A DNA stretch of 64,000 bases from a virus. This document shows, in pieces, positions 38,115 to 47,467 of this stretch (positions are counted from its first letter, which is position 1; every line of letters starts with the position of its first letter). The translations under genes and the position numbers were made by a program. The stretch spans positions 1-64,000 of IMG/VR virus record IMGVR_UViG_3300024324_000425; one strand, written 5' to 3'. Below the pieces are notes generated by a model, which saw nothing but the letters and a program-made list of their open reading frames with translations, searched no databases and was not told where the DNA came from.

Positions 38115-38453
38115 ATGGAAGAAGATAATAAACTACCAACCACATTAGAAGAACTACCAATCAAGTTCTTTAAATTAATGAGTGGTGAATCAATTATATC
38201 ATACACACATGATGTTGATAATGAGTATTGTATCGGGTTAGAAGAACCTATGACAGTATCTACTAATACAGAACATGACTATGTTTTAACTCCTTGGATA
38301 CCATTTGCCGATGGTAGAGTACATATATTAGAAGCTATGAATGTTGTTATTGAATCTCCTGTAGATACTCATATGAAGGCTCAGTATATGAAAATAGTAC
38401 TTAATACTATAATAGAAGATAATATCAAACCTGAATCTAAAGTACTTCATTAA
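38115..38453 (+). CDS. Conserved T4-like hypothetical protein (Sm-like fold candidate)
   Basis: KLMSGESII...LEEP...PW. Confidence 0.55.
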   Translation: MEEDNKLPTTLEELPIKFFKLMSGESIISYTHDVDNEYCIGLEEPMTVSTNTEHDYVLTPWIPFADGRVHILEAMNVVIESPVDTHMKAQYMKIVLNTIIEDNIKPESKVLH

Positions 38454-38486
38454 ATATATAGTACTATCCTGGCTCGACTACTTAGT

Positions 38487-38518
38487 CTATTATATCACAC
38501 TTTACGGTAAATGTACAC
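38487..38518 (-). promoter_or_regulatory. Early-type promoter on the minus strand with no downstream ORF
   Basis: Reverse complement reads GTGTACA-17nt-TATAATAG, matching the phage early-promoter consensus. Confidence 0.7.
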
Positions 38519-38563
38519 CCTTTTATCACTTATTTTTAAAATAAAAAATAAACAGCTATTTAG

Positions 38564-38592
38564 TGTACTTTTAGTAAGAAATATGTTATAAT
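38564..38592 (+). promoter_or_regulatory. Early sigma70-type promoter
   Basis: TGTACT-17-TATAAT with extended TG. Confidence 0.8.
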
Positions 38593-38628
38593 AGATCTAT
38601 AAACTTTATAATTAATGAGACTTATATC

Positions 38629-39207
38629 ATGACTGAAAAGATCAAACCAAGAGACAAACCCCATTACGTAAACAACAGAGACTTCTCTTATGCAGTAGTT
38701 GATTACGTCACCGCTTATAAGAAAGCTCAAGAAGACACTCCCGATAAACTCCCACAAGTAACAGATTATATTGCTACATGTTTTATGAAAATATGTGAAG
38801 GATTAAGTCATAAACCTAACTTTGTAAGATACACTTATAGAGATGAAATGGTAATGGACGGGGTAGAGAATTGTCTTAAAGCAGTATACAACTATAATAT
38901 TGAAGCTGCTACAAGAACTGGTAAGCCCAATGCATTCTCTTACTTCACTCAAATCGCTTACTTTGCATTTGTTAGACGTATCATTAAAGAAAAGAAACAA
39001 GCCGACATTAAGTATAGATTCATGGAACAAGCAGATGTAGAACAATTCATGGTTGGCATTGATGTTAATAACCCTGTTGATAGCGCATTCATTAATACAT
39101 TAAGAGAGAAGATATCTAAGATCCGTATTAAGGATGAGGCTATCAAAGAGTTTGCTAAAGAAGAAAAGGAAGTTAAGAAAAAGGGTTTGGAGTTGTTTAC
39201 AGTATGA
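38629..39207 (+). CDS. gp55: Late transcription sigma factor
   Basis: HYVNN, PNFVRYTYRDEMVMDG, NAFSYFTQI. Confidence 0.95.
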   Translation: MTEKIKPRDKPHYVNNRDFSYAVVDYVTAYKKAQEDTPDKLPQVTDYIATCFMKICEGLSHKPNFVRYTYRDEMVMDGVENCLKAVYNYNIEAATRTGKPNAFSYFTQIAYFAFVRRIIKEKKQADIKYRFMEQADVEQFMVGIDVNNPVDSAFINTLREKISKIRIKDEAIKEFAKEEKEVKKKGLELFTV

Positions 39208-40256
39208 AAATTGCTGTAATATCGGATACACATTGTGGTGTAAGAAACTCATCAGAAATCTTTATGCAATACCAAGAGGAATTTTATAGAGATATATTCT
39301 TCCCATATTTAAAAGAACATGATATTACTAACATCTTTCATTTAGGTGATTACTATGATCATCGTAAGAATATTAACTTTAAAGCACTTAATCATAATAG
39401 AAAAGTATTCCTTGAACCTTTAAAGGATAATGGTATTCATATGGATATCATTCCAGGTAATCATGATGTCTTCCATAAGAATACAAACGATCTCACCTCT
39501 TTAAAAGAGTTGTTAGGTTACTATACTGCTAATGTAAGTATTATACAAAATCCCACTGAATTACATGGCGTACATCTTATACCGTGGATCAACCAAGAGA
39601 ACTACGTTGAGTTTGTTGATTATATTAAAAAGAATAGTGGTATACTCATGGGTCATCTAGAACTTAAAGGATTCGATGTTCTTAAAGGATTTGCTGCACC
39701 ACATGGCATGGATGGGACATTATTTAAACATTACGACAGTGTCTATTCAGGTCATTATCATACACAATCTGAACACGGTAATATTAAATACCTTGGTGCT
39801 CAAATGGAGTTTACTTGGAATGATGCACATGATCCTAAATACTTTCATGTATATGATACTGAAACACATGAGATGACAGCAGTTCTTAACCCTATCACAA
39901 TGTTTGAGAAGGTTTATTATGATGATACAGATATGTTCTATACCAACGGTGGATATGATGTATCATCGTTAAAGGACAAGTTTGTTAAAGTTATTGTTGA
40001 GAACAAGTGTAACCCGTATGAGTTTGACAAATTCATTGATGAGCTAGCTACAATTAATACTCATGAGTTAAAGATCATTGAAAATTTTAAAGAGTTCCTT
40101 GGTGATAACGTTGAAACATCTCTTGAAGATGTAGAGAACACACAAGAATTAATGGAAGACTATATCCAATCAGTTAATACAGATTTAGATAAAGGTAAAC
40201 TAAAATCACTCATGAATAGCCTATATTCCGAAGCTGTAGATATGGAGATCCAATGA
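39204..40256 (+). CDS. gp47: Recombination endonuclease subunit (Mre11-like)
   Basis: DTH, GD, GNHD, GHYH. Confidence 0.95.
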   Translation: MKIAVISDTHCGVRNSSEIFMQYQEEFYRDIFFPYLKEHDITNIFHLGDYYDHRKNINFKALNHNRKVFLEPLKDNGIHMDIIPGNHDVFHKNTNDLTSLKELLGYYTANVSIIQNPTELHGVHLIPWINQENYVEFVDYIKKNSGILMGHLELKGFDVLKGFAAPHGMDGTLFKHYDSVYSGHYHTQSEHGNIKYLGAQMEFTWNDAHDPKYFHVYDTETHEMTAVLNPITMFEKVYYDDTDMFYTNGGYDVSSLKDKFVKVIVENKCNPYEFDKFIDELATINTHELKIIENFKEFLGDNVETSLEDVENTQELMEDYIQSVNTDLDKGKLKSLMNSLYSEAVDMEIQ

Positions 40257-41962
40257 TAGCATTTAAGAATATTACATGGAAGAATTTTTTATCAACAGGT
40301 GCTAATGAGATATCAATTGATTTGAATAGACATAAATCTACGTTAATCGTAGGACATAACGGTGCTGGTAAATCTACTATGTTAGATGCATTATCATTTG
40401 CTTTGTTTGGTAAACCCCATAGGAATGTTAAGAAGAACCAATTGATTAACTCGGTTAACGGTAAAGGTGCTTTGGTTGAGGTAGAGTTTGAAACATCTGG
40501 TCACAAGTTTAAAATCGCAAGAGGTATTAAACCAAACATCTTTGAGATATATCAAAACGATAAGATCATAGACCAGAGTGCTAACACTAGAGATTATCAG
40601 AAGTTCTTAGAACAAAATATCTTAAAGCTTAATCATAAGTCATTCCATCAGATTGTTGTTCTTGGGTCAAGTTCATTTGTGCCATTCATGCAATTACCAC
40701 AACACCATAGGCGTGAAGTCATCGAGGACTTACTTGACGTTAATATTTTTTCTAAGATGAAGAGCATCTTAAAGGATCGTGCAACAGATACGAAAAGTCA
40801 TTTTAAAGACACTAAGCTGCTATTAGATGCTGAAAAGAGTAAGATAATATATCAGCAGAATCATGTTAATAAATTAGATAGTTTGAATAAAGCAGCTATG
40901 GCATCTAAGGCTGATGATCTATTAGATCTTGAGAAAGACTTAAAGGATTGTGCGAATGACTTGCAGGCGAAGACAGAAGAGATGTTAGCCTTTGGTGATC
41001 TAGCAAAGATACAAAGTGACTTAAATACAAGCAATTCTGAAAAGACTAGTTTAACCCTGAACATGGGCGAGATCAAAAGTGGCATAAAGGCCTTAGTTAC
41101 GAAGAGCAGGTTCTTTGAGGCAAATAATGAGTGTCCAACGTGCAAACAAAAGATCACAAAAGATCTTAAAATGCAACAAATGGAAGGCGTAAAGGATGCT
41201 GCAAAGGCTCTAGAAGACAGTCGTGTCCTGTGTTCACATAATATTGGCGATGTGGATAGTAACATTAGTGAGTTACACAGGTGCATCCAGGAGATCACTA
41301 GTGTAGGGTCAGAGATCAAGACTATCCAGATTAATATGCAAATGATTAATAACATGATAACAGAACATAACAATAAGAGTTATGAGATCACTGATGTTGC
41401 TGATGATCTTGCTGAGTTAAATAGATTAAAGAAGAGTGCTGATGAGTTACGAGATACCTTCGATGAGTTATCAGATAAGATGTTATATAATGATATAGCC
41501 AGTGAGATGCTTAAAGATACTGGTATTCGTACTAAGGTTATTAAAGAGTACTTACCTGCAATGAATATGTTAATCAATCAATATTTGCAAACACTAGACT
41601 TCTTTGTATCATTTAACTTAGATGAGAATTTCTCTGAAACTATTAAGAGTCGTCATCGAGATTCATTTGTATATGCTAACTTCTCTGAAGGTGAGAAGCA
41701 GCGTATAGATTTAGCATTATTATTTGCATGGCGTAAGATAGCTCAAATGAAGAATTCAACTAACACCAATTTATTAATACTTGATGAAACATTTGACTCA
41801 AGCCTAGATACAGATGGTGTCGACAATCTCATGAAAATTCTATATTCTTTAGATGAGAATACTAATACGTTTGTTATATCTCACAAGCCAGACTTATTAG
41901 AGTCTAAGCTTAAGTCAAAGATTGAGTTTAAAAAGCTTAATAACTTCTCTGCACTAGTGTAA
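40253..41962 (+). CDS. gp46: Recombination ATPase subunit (Rad50-like)
   Basis: NGAGKST, CPTC hook, SEGEKQR, LDETFD. Confidence 0.95.
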   Translation: MIAFKNITWKNFLSTGANEISIDLNRHKSTLIVGHNGAGKSTMLDALSFALFGKPHRNVKKNQLINSVNGKGALVEVEFETSGHKFKIARGIKPNIFEIYQNDKIIDQSANTRDYQKFLEQNILKLNHKSFHQIVVLGSSSFVPFMQLPQHHRREVIEDLLDVNIFSKMKSILKDRATDTKSHFKDTKLLLDAEKSKIIYQQNHVNKLDSLNKAAMASKADDLLDLEKDLKDCANDLQAKTEEMLAFGDLAKIQSDLNTSNSEKTSLTLNMGEIKSGIKALVTKSRFFEANNECPTCKQKITKDLKMQQMEGVKDAAKALEDSRVLCSHNIGDVDSNISELHRCIQEITSVGSEIKTIQINMQMINNMITEHNNKSYEITDVADDLAELNRLKKSADELRDTFDELSDKMLYNDIASEMLKDTGIRTKVIKEYLPAMNMLINQYLQTLDFFVSFNLDENFSETIKSRHRDSFVYANFSEGEKQRIDLALLFAWRKIAQMKNSTNTNLLILDETFDSSLDTDGVDNLMKILYSLDENTNTFVISHKPDLLESKLKSKIEFKKLNNFSALV

Positions 41963-41966
41963 TTCC

Positions 41967-42008
41967 ATATCTCTTTGGAGATATAGATGTATATCTCTTT
42001 GGAGATAT
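41967..42008. repeat. Tandem pair of the 18-bp palindromic box ATATCTCTTTGGAGATAT
   Basis: Copies at 41967-41984 and 41991-42008; an inverted variant at 44286-44303. Confidence 0.8.
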
Positions 42009-42095
42009 AAAACCATATCCCTTTTTATTTCGCATTTAGTCAACATATTTTCTCCAGCTATGGTATAATAGAACTATAAACAATAAAAAAGGAAG
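42004..42095 (+). promoter_or_regulatory. Promoter/leader cassette, copy 1
   Basis: TGGTATAAT at 42061-42069; ~90-bp sequence shared with 44299-44390. Confidence 0.75.
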
Positions 42096-42100
42096 TAGTT

Positions 42101-44239
42101 ATGAATTTACAATCACAGGATTATTTAGCTAAGTTACTCGCTAAAGAAAATCTCACAGTTCAACATGGTAACTATCAGACAGCATCGTTCGATGTAATTA
42201 ATCGTGTATTAAATCTTCCACTTTGGGCAGACAAAGGTAAAGCAGTTCATGACTTACTTGTAGGACATGAAGTAGGACACGCCTTATATACACCTTCAGA
42301 CGGGTGGCATGACTCTGAAAAAGAGATTCCGGGTGTACCAAGAGATATGATTAATATCATTGAAGATATTAGAATTGAAAAGAAAATACAAGAGACTTAT
42401 CCTGGTATCACTAGAGCATTCAGGCAAGGTTATAAAGTTTTGTTTGATGATAACTTATTTGGCACTGTTGGTAAAGATCTTACATCATATAACTTTATGG
42501 ATAAATTAAATATTCATTCAAAGGGTAGAGGATATCACACAGTTAAATTTAATGAAACTGAACAGATGTTTGTTGATTTAGCTATGTCAGTTGATACTTG
42601 GGAAGACGTTTTAAATGCTTGTCAAGAGATTAATGATTGGTTAGCTAATAGAGAAGATTATGCTGAAGATGAAGAACAACCAACTACAGTAGTTGCACAA
42701 GATACAAATGAACAAAGTAACTCTACTGCGGGTAGTGATAGCGAAGATCAAACTGAAGAAGACGATGAGGACAGCACAAGTCAAAGTGGCAACAAGGAAA
42801 AAAGTGTAACAGATCAAACTGAAGAAGACGATGAGGACAGCACAAGTCAAAGTGGCAACAAGGAAAAAAGTGGCAACAAGGAAAAAAGTGTAACAGATCA
42901 AGCCCAAAGAGACAATGAAAGCGAATTGCTTGATACGAACGAAGATGGTAAACAACCTTTATATTCTTCTGGCATCTCTTATGACAATATTAAAAGATTA
43001 GTTGTTTCTTACCCACAGTTAAGAAAAGCCCGTAATGAATATGCTCCTAATTATGGTGTTTCATCATATACATGTAATGAGCTTGAACCAGAATTTGAAA
43101 AATTTCTAAAGGGTGGAATTAACAAGACTGTTAATTTGATGGCTAAAGAGTTTGAACGCAAGAAGGCTGCTTGGGAATACTCAAGAAGTACTGAAGCTAA
43201 GAAAGGTTCATTGAATATGAATAAGCTTCACCAATATCAATACTCAGAAGATATCTTTCTTACTGTTGATAGATTAGCACAAGCTAAATCACATGGCATT
43301 TTTATGTTACTTGATTTTTCAGGTTCTATGAATGGCATTTTAAGTGATGTTATTTCACAGACAATTACTATTGCTTTGTTTTGTAAAAAGGTTAATATTC
43401 CCTTTGAAGCTTATTCATTCACAACAGGTTATAATGATAGCATTACTGATGACCATATAGGTGATAATGATATTGAAAATATTCAAGGATTGAAGTTAGT
43501 TCAAATACTTTCATCATCATTAAATAGAGTTCAATTCAAAGAGAGTATTAAACATCTCTTTGCGGTTAAATTGGCGAGATCACATGGATACTCCACCCAA
43601 TCATCAACATGTCCATTAGATAGCATGGGTGGTACTCCTCTTATTCAAAGTCTTATTGCATGTGAACCATTAATCAACGAGCTAAAAGCTAAGACTGGAA
43701 TTCAGAACATGAATGTAATGATCTTAACTGACGGCATTGCAGATAGACTTAGAGTAGCTAATCAATATCATATTGATTCTAATGATATTGATATTGATGA
43801 TGTAAGAATTAAATTTGGATCTAAAATTATTTCTGGCAAGTCTCGTGCAGAGCTTACTGCAAGCACTATTAAGATTCTTGGTGAGCTCACTAAATCAACT
43901 ATGATTGGATTCTTCTTAGCCACAAATAGACACGATTTTTATTATGGTTATAATACTCTTAGTGATGATCCTAGAGCTTTCCATCCTGATGGATTTAATG
44001 GACTAGTTAAAGAATTTAATAGTGTTGGTGTTATGAACTTTAAAAAGTGTGGTGGTTATGATGATTATTTCATTGTTAAAGTTGGTAAAAAGGCTGATGA
44101 TGAATTTGAAGTTAAACCTAATAAAAATGGTAATGATATTAAGATTAACGATGTTAAACGACAGTTCAGAAGTTTTTCAAAGTCTAACAAACAATCTAAG
44201 CAATTAGTTAATAAAATCACTGATGCTGTGGCTGCATAG
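42101..44239 (+). CDS. CobT-like metallopeptidase + VWA domain protein
   Basis: HEVGH, EDIRIE, DFSGSM MIDAS, GGTPL, LTDG. Confidence 0.85.
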   Translation: MNLQSQDYLAKLLAKENLTVQHGNYQTASFDVINRVLNLPLWADKGKAVHDLLVGHEVGHALYTPSDGWHDSEKEIPGVPRDMINIIEDIRIEKKIQETYPGITRAFRQGYKVLFDDNLFGTVGKDLTSYNFMDKLNIHSKGRGYHTVKFNETEQMFVDLAMSVDTWEDVLNACQEINDWLANREDYAEDEEQPTTVVAQDTNEQSNSTAGSDSEDQTEEDDEDSTSQSGNKEKSVTDQTEEDDEDSTSQSGNKEKSGNKEKSVTDQAQRDNESELLDTNEDGKQPLYSSGISYDNIKRLVVSYPQLRKARNEYAPNYGVSSYTCNELEPEFEKFLKGGINKTVNLMAKEFERKKAAWEYSRSTEAKKGSLNMNKLHQYQYSEDIFLTVDRLAQAKSHGIFMLLDFSGSMNGILSDVISQTITIALFCKKVNIPFEAYSFTTGYNDSITDDHIGDNDIENIQGLKLVQILSSSLNRVQFKESIKHLFAVKLARSHGYSTQSSTCPLDSMGGTPLIQSLIACEPLINELKAKTGIQNMNVMILTDGIADRLRVANQYHIDSNDIDIDDVRIKFGSKIISGKSRAELTASTIKILGELTKSTMIGFFLATNRHDFYYGYNTLSDDPRAFHPDGFNGLVKEFNSVGVMNFKKCGGYDDYFIVKVGKKADDEFEVKPNKNGNDIKINDVKRQFRSFSKSNKQSKQLVNKITDAVAA
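42745..42901 (+). repeat. Perfect 66-bp tandem duplication plus a nested 18-bp duplication in the acidic linker
   Basis: DQTEEDDEDSTSQSGNKEKSVT x2 and an extra SGNKEK. Confidence 0.9.
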
Positions 44240-44298
44240 TGTGTATAACCACCAACATCAATATATTATGTGTACACAGGACACGCTATCTCCAAAGG

Positions 44299-44390
44299 GA
44301 TATAAAACCATATCTCTTTTTATTTCGCATTTAGTCTGACATCACTGTGAAACTATGGTATAATAGAACTATAAACAATAAAAAAGGAAG
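44299..44390 (+). promoter_or_regulatory. Promoter/leader cassette, copy 2
   Basis: CTGACA-17-TATAAT (44336-44364); flanks nearly identical to copy 1. Confidence 0.75.
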
Positions 44391-44396
44391 CAAAAA

Positions 44397-45539
44397 ATGA
44401 ATAAAAAATTAATAGAAAAACTACAAGAGAACTTCGCTGATCAGACTGAATTATCTCCTAAGCAAGTGATTGCTGCTGGTGCTGATGTTGGTATGACTCC
44501 AGGTGAAGTGTATAAAGAACTTAACGAATTTCCAAAGATTAGACGTGGTATATACGACATGGCTGGTGTAATGGTACCTTTCAAGACATCACAAAAGACT
44601 GCACCGGTTAAGAACATTGGTGTTTCATCAGTAAGCAACAATGAAGTATTTGTTCCAGAACGAGATAAAACCTTCGTTCAATGGGGTAACTTTTCAGATG
44701 TATTTAAAATTATTAAATCACAAATGTTCTATCCAACATTCATTACTGGTTTGTCTGGTAATGGTAAAACCTTCATGGTTGAACAAGCATGTGCTAAAGC
44801 TAACAGAGAATATGTAAGGGTTCAGATATCACCTGAGACTGATGAAGACGATTTGATTGGTGGCTTCAGATTGCTTAACGGTGAGACGGTGTTCCAAAAA
44901 GGTCCAGTGTTAAAAGCTATGGAAGCAGGTGCAATCCTTCTTATAGACGAGATTGATCGAGGTACTAACAAGATCATGTGCTTACAAGGTGTGTTAGAAG
45001 GCAAACCAATTCTTGTTAAAAAGACCGGTGAGGTTGTAACACCTAAAGAAGGATTCAATGTATTAGCTACGGCAAACACTAAAGGTAAAGGTTCTGATGA
45101 TGGAAGATTCACAGCAGCTACAATTCTGGATGAAGCATTCTTAGAACGATTCACTATCACTGTTGAACAGAGTTACCCAGCTCCTGCAGTTGAAAAGAAA
45201 ATCATTGCAAAACACATGGAAAAATTCGAAAAGATTGATAATGAATTCAATGATTTACTTGTAGGTTGGGCAGACACGATCAGAAAGACTTTCGAAGATG
45301 GCGGTGTTGATGAGATTATCTCTACTCGCAGACTATGTCACATTGTTCAGACATTTTCAATCTTCGGAAAAAGAGACAAGGCAATTGCTTTATGTGTTAA
45401 TCGATTTGATAATGATACTAAAGAAGCTTTCCTTGATCTTTACACAAAGGTTGATGCTACTGTGTCTGGTGTTGGTGAATATCCAAATGATACTTCAACC
45501 AGTGAGTTTGATGTTCCTTATGCTGAGTACAAAATTTAA
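44397..45539 (+). CDS. cobS: CobS-like MoxR AAA+ ATPase
   Basis: GLSGNGKT, LLIDEID, TANTKG, AFLERF, STRRL. Confidence 0.88.
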   Translation: MNKKLIEKLQENFADQTELSPKQVIAAGADVGMTPGEVYKELNEFPKIRRGIYDMAGVMVPFKTSQKTAPVKNIGVSSVSNNEVFVPERDKTFVQWGNFSDVFKIIKSQMFYPTFITGLSGNGKTFMVEQACAKANREYVRVQISPETDEDDLIGGFRLLNGETVFQKGPVLKAMEAGAILLIDEIDRGTNKIMCLQGVLEGKPILVKKTGEVVTPKEGFNVLATANTKGKGSDDGRFTAATILDEAFLERFTITVEQSYPAPAVEKKIIAKHMEKFEKIDNEFNDLLVGWADTIRKTFEDGGVDEIISTRRLCHIVQTFSIFGKRDKAIALCVNRFDNDTKEAFLDLYTKVDATVSGVGEYPNDTSTSEFDVPYAEYKI

Positions 45540-45561
45540 TTAAAAATAAACAGCAAAACGG

Positions 45562-45590
45562 TGTACTTTTGCAGCGTTTTGTGTTATAAT
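45562..45590 (+). promoter_or_regulatory. Early promoter
   Basis: TGTACT-17-TATAAT. Confidence 0.8.
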
Positions 45591-45597
45591 AGAATCT

Positions 45598-45885
45598 ATG
45601 GAAAATAAAATAAACTACAAATATCATGAAGATAAACTTTTAAACGAGTTTATTCTTTATATAAATAAAACGTATGATCAACACTATTCTAGTGACGATG
45701 GTACACAGTCAATGGATCTTATATCTGCGACTGGAAAAGGCCTAGACTTTTGTTTAGGTAACGTTATTAAATATGCTGCAAGGTATGGTAAAAAGGCTGG
45801 AGCTAATCGAGCTGACCTTATCAAGATCATGCATTATAGTTTATTAGCATTGAATGAGCACGATTTAAATAATGAAAAGGAGTAA
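45598..45885 (+). CDS. DUF3310-like conserved phage protein
   Basis: HY...FCLGNVIKYAARYGKK...DLIK. Confidence 0.7.
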   Translation: MENKINYKYHEDKLLNEFILYINKTYDQHYSSDDGTQSMDLISATGKGLDFCLGNVIKYAARYGKKAGANRADLIKIMHYSLLALNEHDLNNEKE

Positions 45886-45888
45886 GAA

Positions 45889-46065
45889 ATGAAAAAAGAA
45901 ACATATACAACAACAACCGGCCTCACTGGGGTTTTAATTAGAAATAGAGATGCATTCGTTAATGGTTATGCCGTAAAGAGATTTGGTGAAAACTGGAAAA
46001 ATGCTATCTTAAATTCAGCTAGCGATATTAAAACATATACAACAGAACAGTTGGAGACACTATGA
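45889..46065 (+). CDS. Small hypothetical protein (58 aa)
   Basis: AAGGAG RBS; ATGA overlap with gp45. Confidence 0.55.
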   Translation: MKKETYTTTTGLTGVLIRNRDAFVNGYAVKRFGENWKNAILNSASDIKTYTTEQLETL

Positions 46066-46748
46066 AATTAAATAATAGCACGGTCGAAGTCTTAAAGAAC
46101 TTCGCCGCAATCAATAGCAATATTGTTATTGGCACAGAAGGATTTGTTAGAAGTGTTGCGATCGCTAAGAACGTAATGGCTAAAGCAAATATCACAGATG
46201 CATTCCCGTATAAGTTTGGTGTATATGATTTGCCAGAATTTTTAAGCTGTTATAGCTTATTCGATGATGCTGAATTGACATTCTCTGATACTCAGAAGTT
46301 TGTGACATTCTCAGATGGTATTCAATCAATTAAATACTTCTTCTCTGATGTAGAGAATTTAGTTACATCAGACAAAGATATTACTATGCCTGAGAGTGCA
46401 CTCACTTTCACCATTACAGATAGCCAACTTGCTTCTATACGTAAAGCATCTGGTGCACTGAAAGCTAATGACATGGTAATCACCAAGAATACTGAAGGTG
46501 GTTTATGGACAAAGTTAACTGTAACTGATCGTGATAATCCAACTTCAAACGAATTTAGTATCAATATTGCCAATTGCTCTATTGATACTGAAGAGAACTT
46601 TGAGTTTGTTTTTAATATAAACAACTTTAAGTTTAATCAAGCCGATGAATATAAATTCGAAGTAGCTTCGAAAATGATATCAAAGGTAACTACAGACAAT
46701 GTTGACTATTGGTTAGCATTAGAAAAATCATCTAAAATCGGAGTATAA
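46062..46748 (+). CDS. gp45: Sliding clamp
   Basis: LKNFAAINSNI, FGVYDLPEFL, YWLALE. Confidence 0.92.
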   Translation: MKLNNSTVEVLKNFAAINSNIVIGTEGFVRSVAIAKNVMAKANITDAFPYKFGVYDLPEFLSCYSLFDDAELTFSDTQKFVTFSDGIQSIKYFFSDVENLVTSDKDITMPESALTFTITDSQLASIRKASGALKANDMVITKNTEGGLWTKLTVTDRDNPTSNEFSINIANCSIDTEENFEFVFNINNFKFNQADEYKFEVASKMISKVTTDNVDYWLALEKSSKIGV

Positions 46749-46749
46749 T

Positions 46750-46980
46750 ATGACAGATAAAGTAGAAGAAGCACAAGTAGAGGCAGAAGCACCAGGTATT
46801 GGTTTACAAGATATCGCGGCATGCGTACAAATCATTGATATTGTGACTAAACGAGGTGCCTTTGAAGGTGCTGAATTAGCCGATGTTGGTACTGTACGTA
46901 ATCGTTTAACAGCATTCCTTGATGCTAATAAGCCAGCAGAACCAGATGCTGATGAAGATGCTGATAAAGAAGGCATGTAG
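46750..46980 (+). CDS. Conserved small hypothetical protein
   Basis: IIDIVTKRGAF...ELADVG. Confidence 0.65.
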   Translation: MTDKVEEAQVEAEAPGIGLQDIAACVQIIDIVTKRGAFEGAELADVGTVRNRLTAFLDANKPAEPDADEDADKEGM

Positions 46981-46988
46981 TAAGACCC

Positions 46989-47065
46989 GCCCCTTTAGCT
47001 TAGTTGGTTAGAGCGTCCGACTCATAATCGGCAGGTCCACTGTTCAAGTCAGTGAAGGGGCACCA
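46989..47065 (+). tRNA. tRNA with CAU anticodon, most likely Ile2 (lysidine; reads AUA) rather than Met
   Basis: Cloverleaf with GCCCCTT/AAGGGGC acceptor stem, CGA-CTCATAA-TCG anticodon arm, TTCAAGT T-loop and encoded CCA; C4:G69 and C5:G68 as in ileX. Confidence 0.85.
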
Positions 47066-47088
47066 AATTATATTATAGGAATTATATT

Positions 47089-47328
47089 ATGTTAGAGAGT
47101 GATAAGCAAGACGTGAAGAAAGTGATGGGTGATGTTATTGACTCAATGATTCGTATTGATAGTGAACGTGAATTCATTAAAGAGACAGTGAACGTACTAT
47201 CTGAGAAACATGACATCAATAAAGCAGTACTTAAAAAAGTTGCTAATATTATGCATAAAGCCAATATGGCAGAAGTGCAAGCAACTAACAATGACATTGA
47301 AGATTTGTTCGAAGATTTGTCCAAATAA
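47089..47328 (+). CDS. dsbA: dsDNA-binding protein (T4 DsbA-like)
   Basis: Size, helical pattern (IKE...K.LKKVA...HK) and position near gp45/gp44. Confidence 0.6.
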   Translation: MLESDKQDVKKVMGDVIDSMIRIDSEREFIKETVNVLSEKHDINKAVLKKVANIMHKANMAEVQATNNDIEDLFEDLSK

Positions 47329-47331
47329 CGG

Positions 47332-47360
47332 TGTACTTTTAGTACGCATTATGTTATAAT
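47332..47360 (+). promoter_or_regulatory. Early promoter
   Basis: TGTACT-17-TATAAT. Confidence 0.8.
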
Positions 47361-47467
47361 AGATATAAGTTAACGCAAAGGTTTAAAGCTTAATAGCTCC
47401 TTTCCTTGTTTCCATTTTGGTTGTAATGGGCGTGAAACAACCACCTAATTATACTATGGAGATGTGA

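Noticed and set aside
41967-42901. Repeats as a CRISPR mini-array
   Set aside because: No unique spacers of regular length and no cas genes
44397-45539. Cobalamin biosynthesis function for the cobS/cobT-like pair
   Set aside because: Phage CobS-like proteins are generic MoxR AAA+/VWA chaperones, and no other cob genes are present
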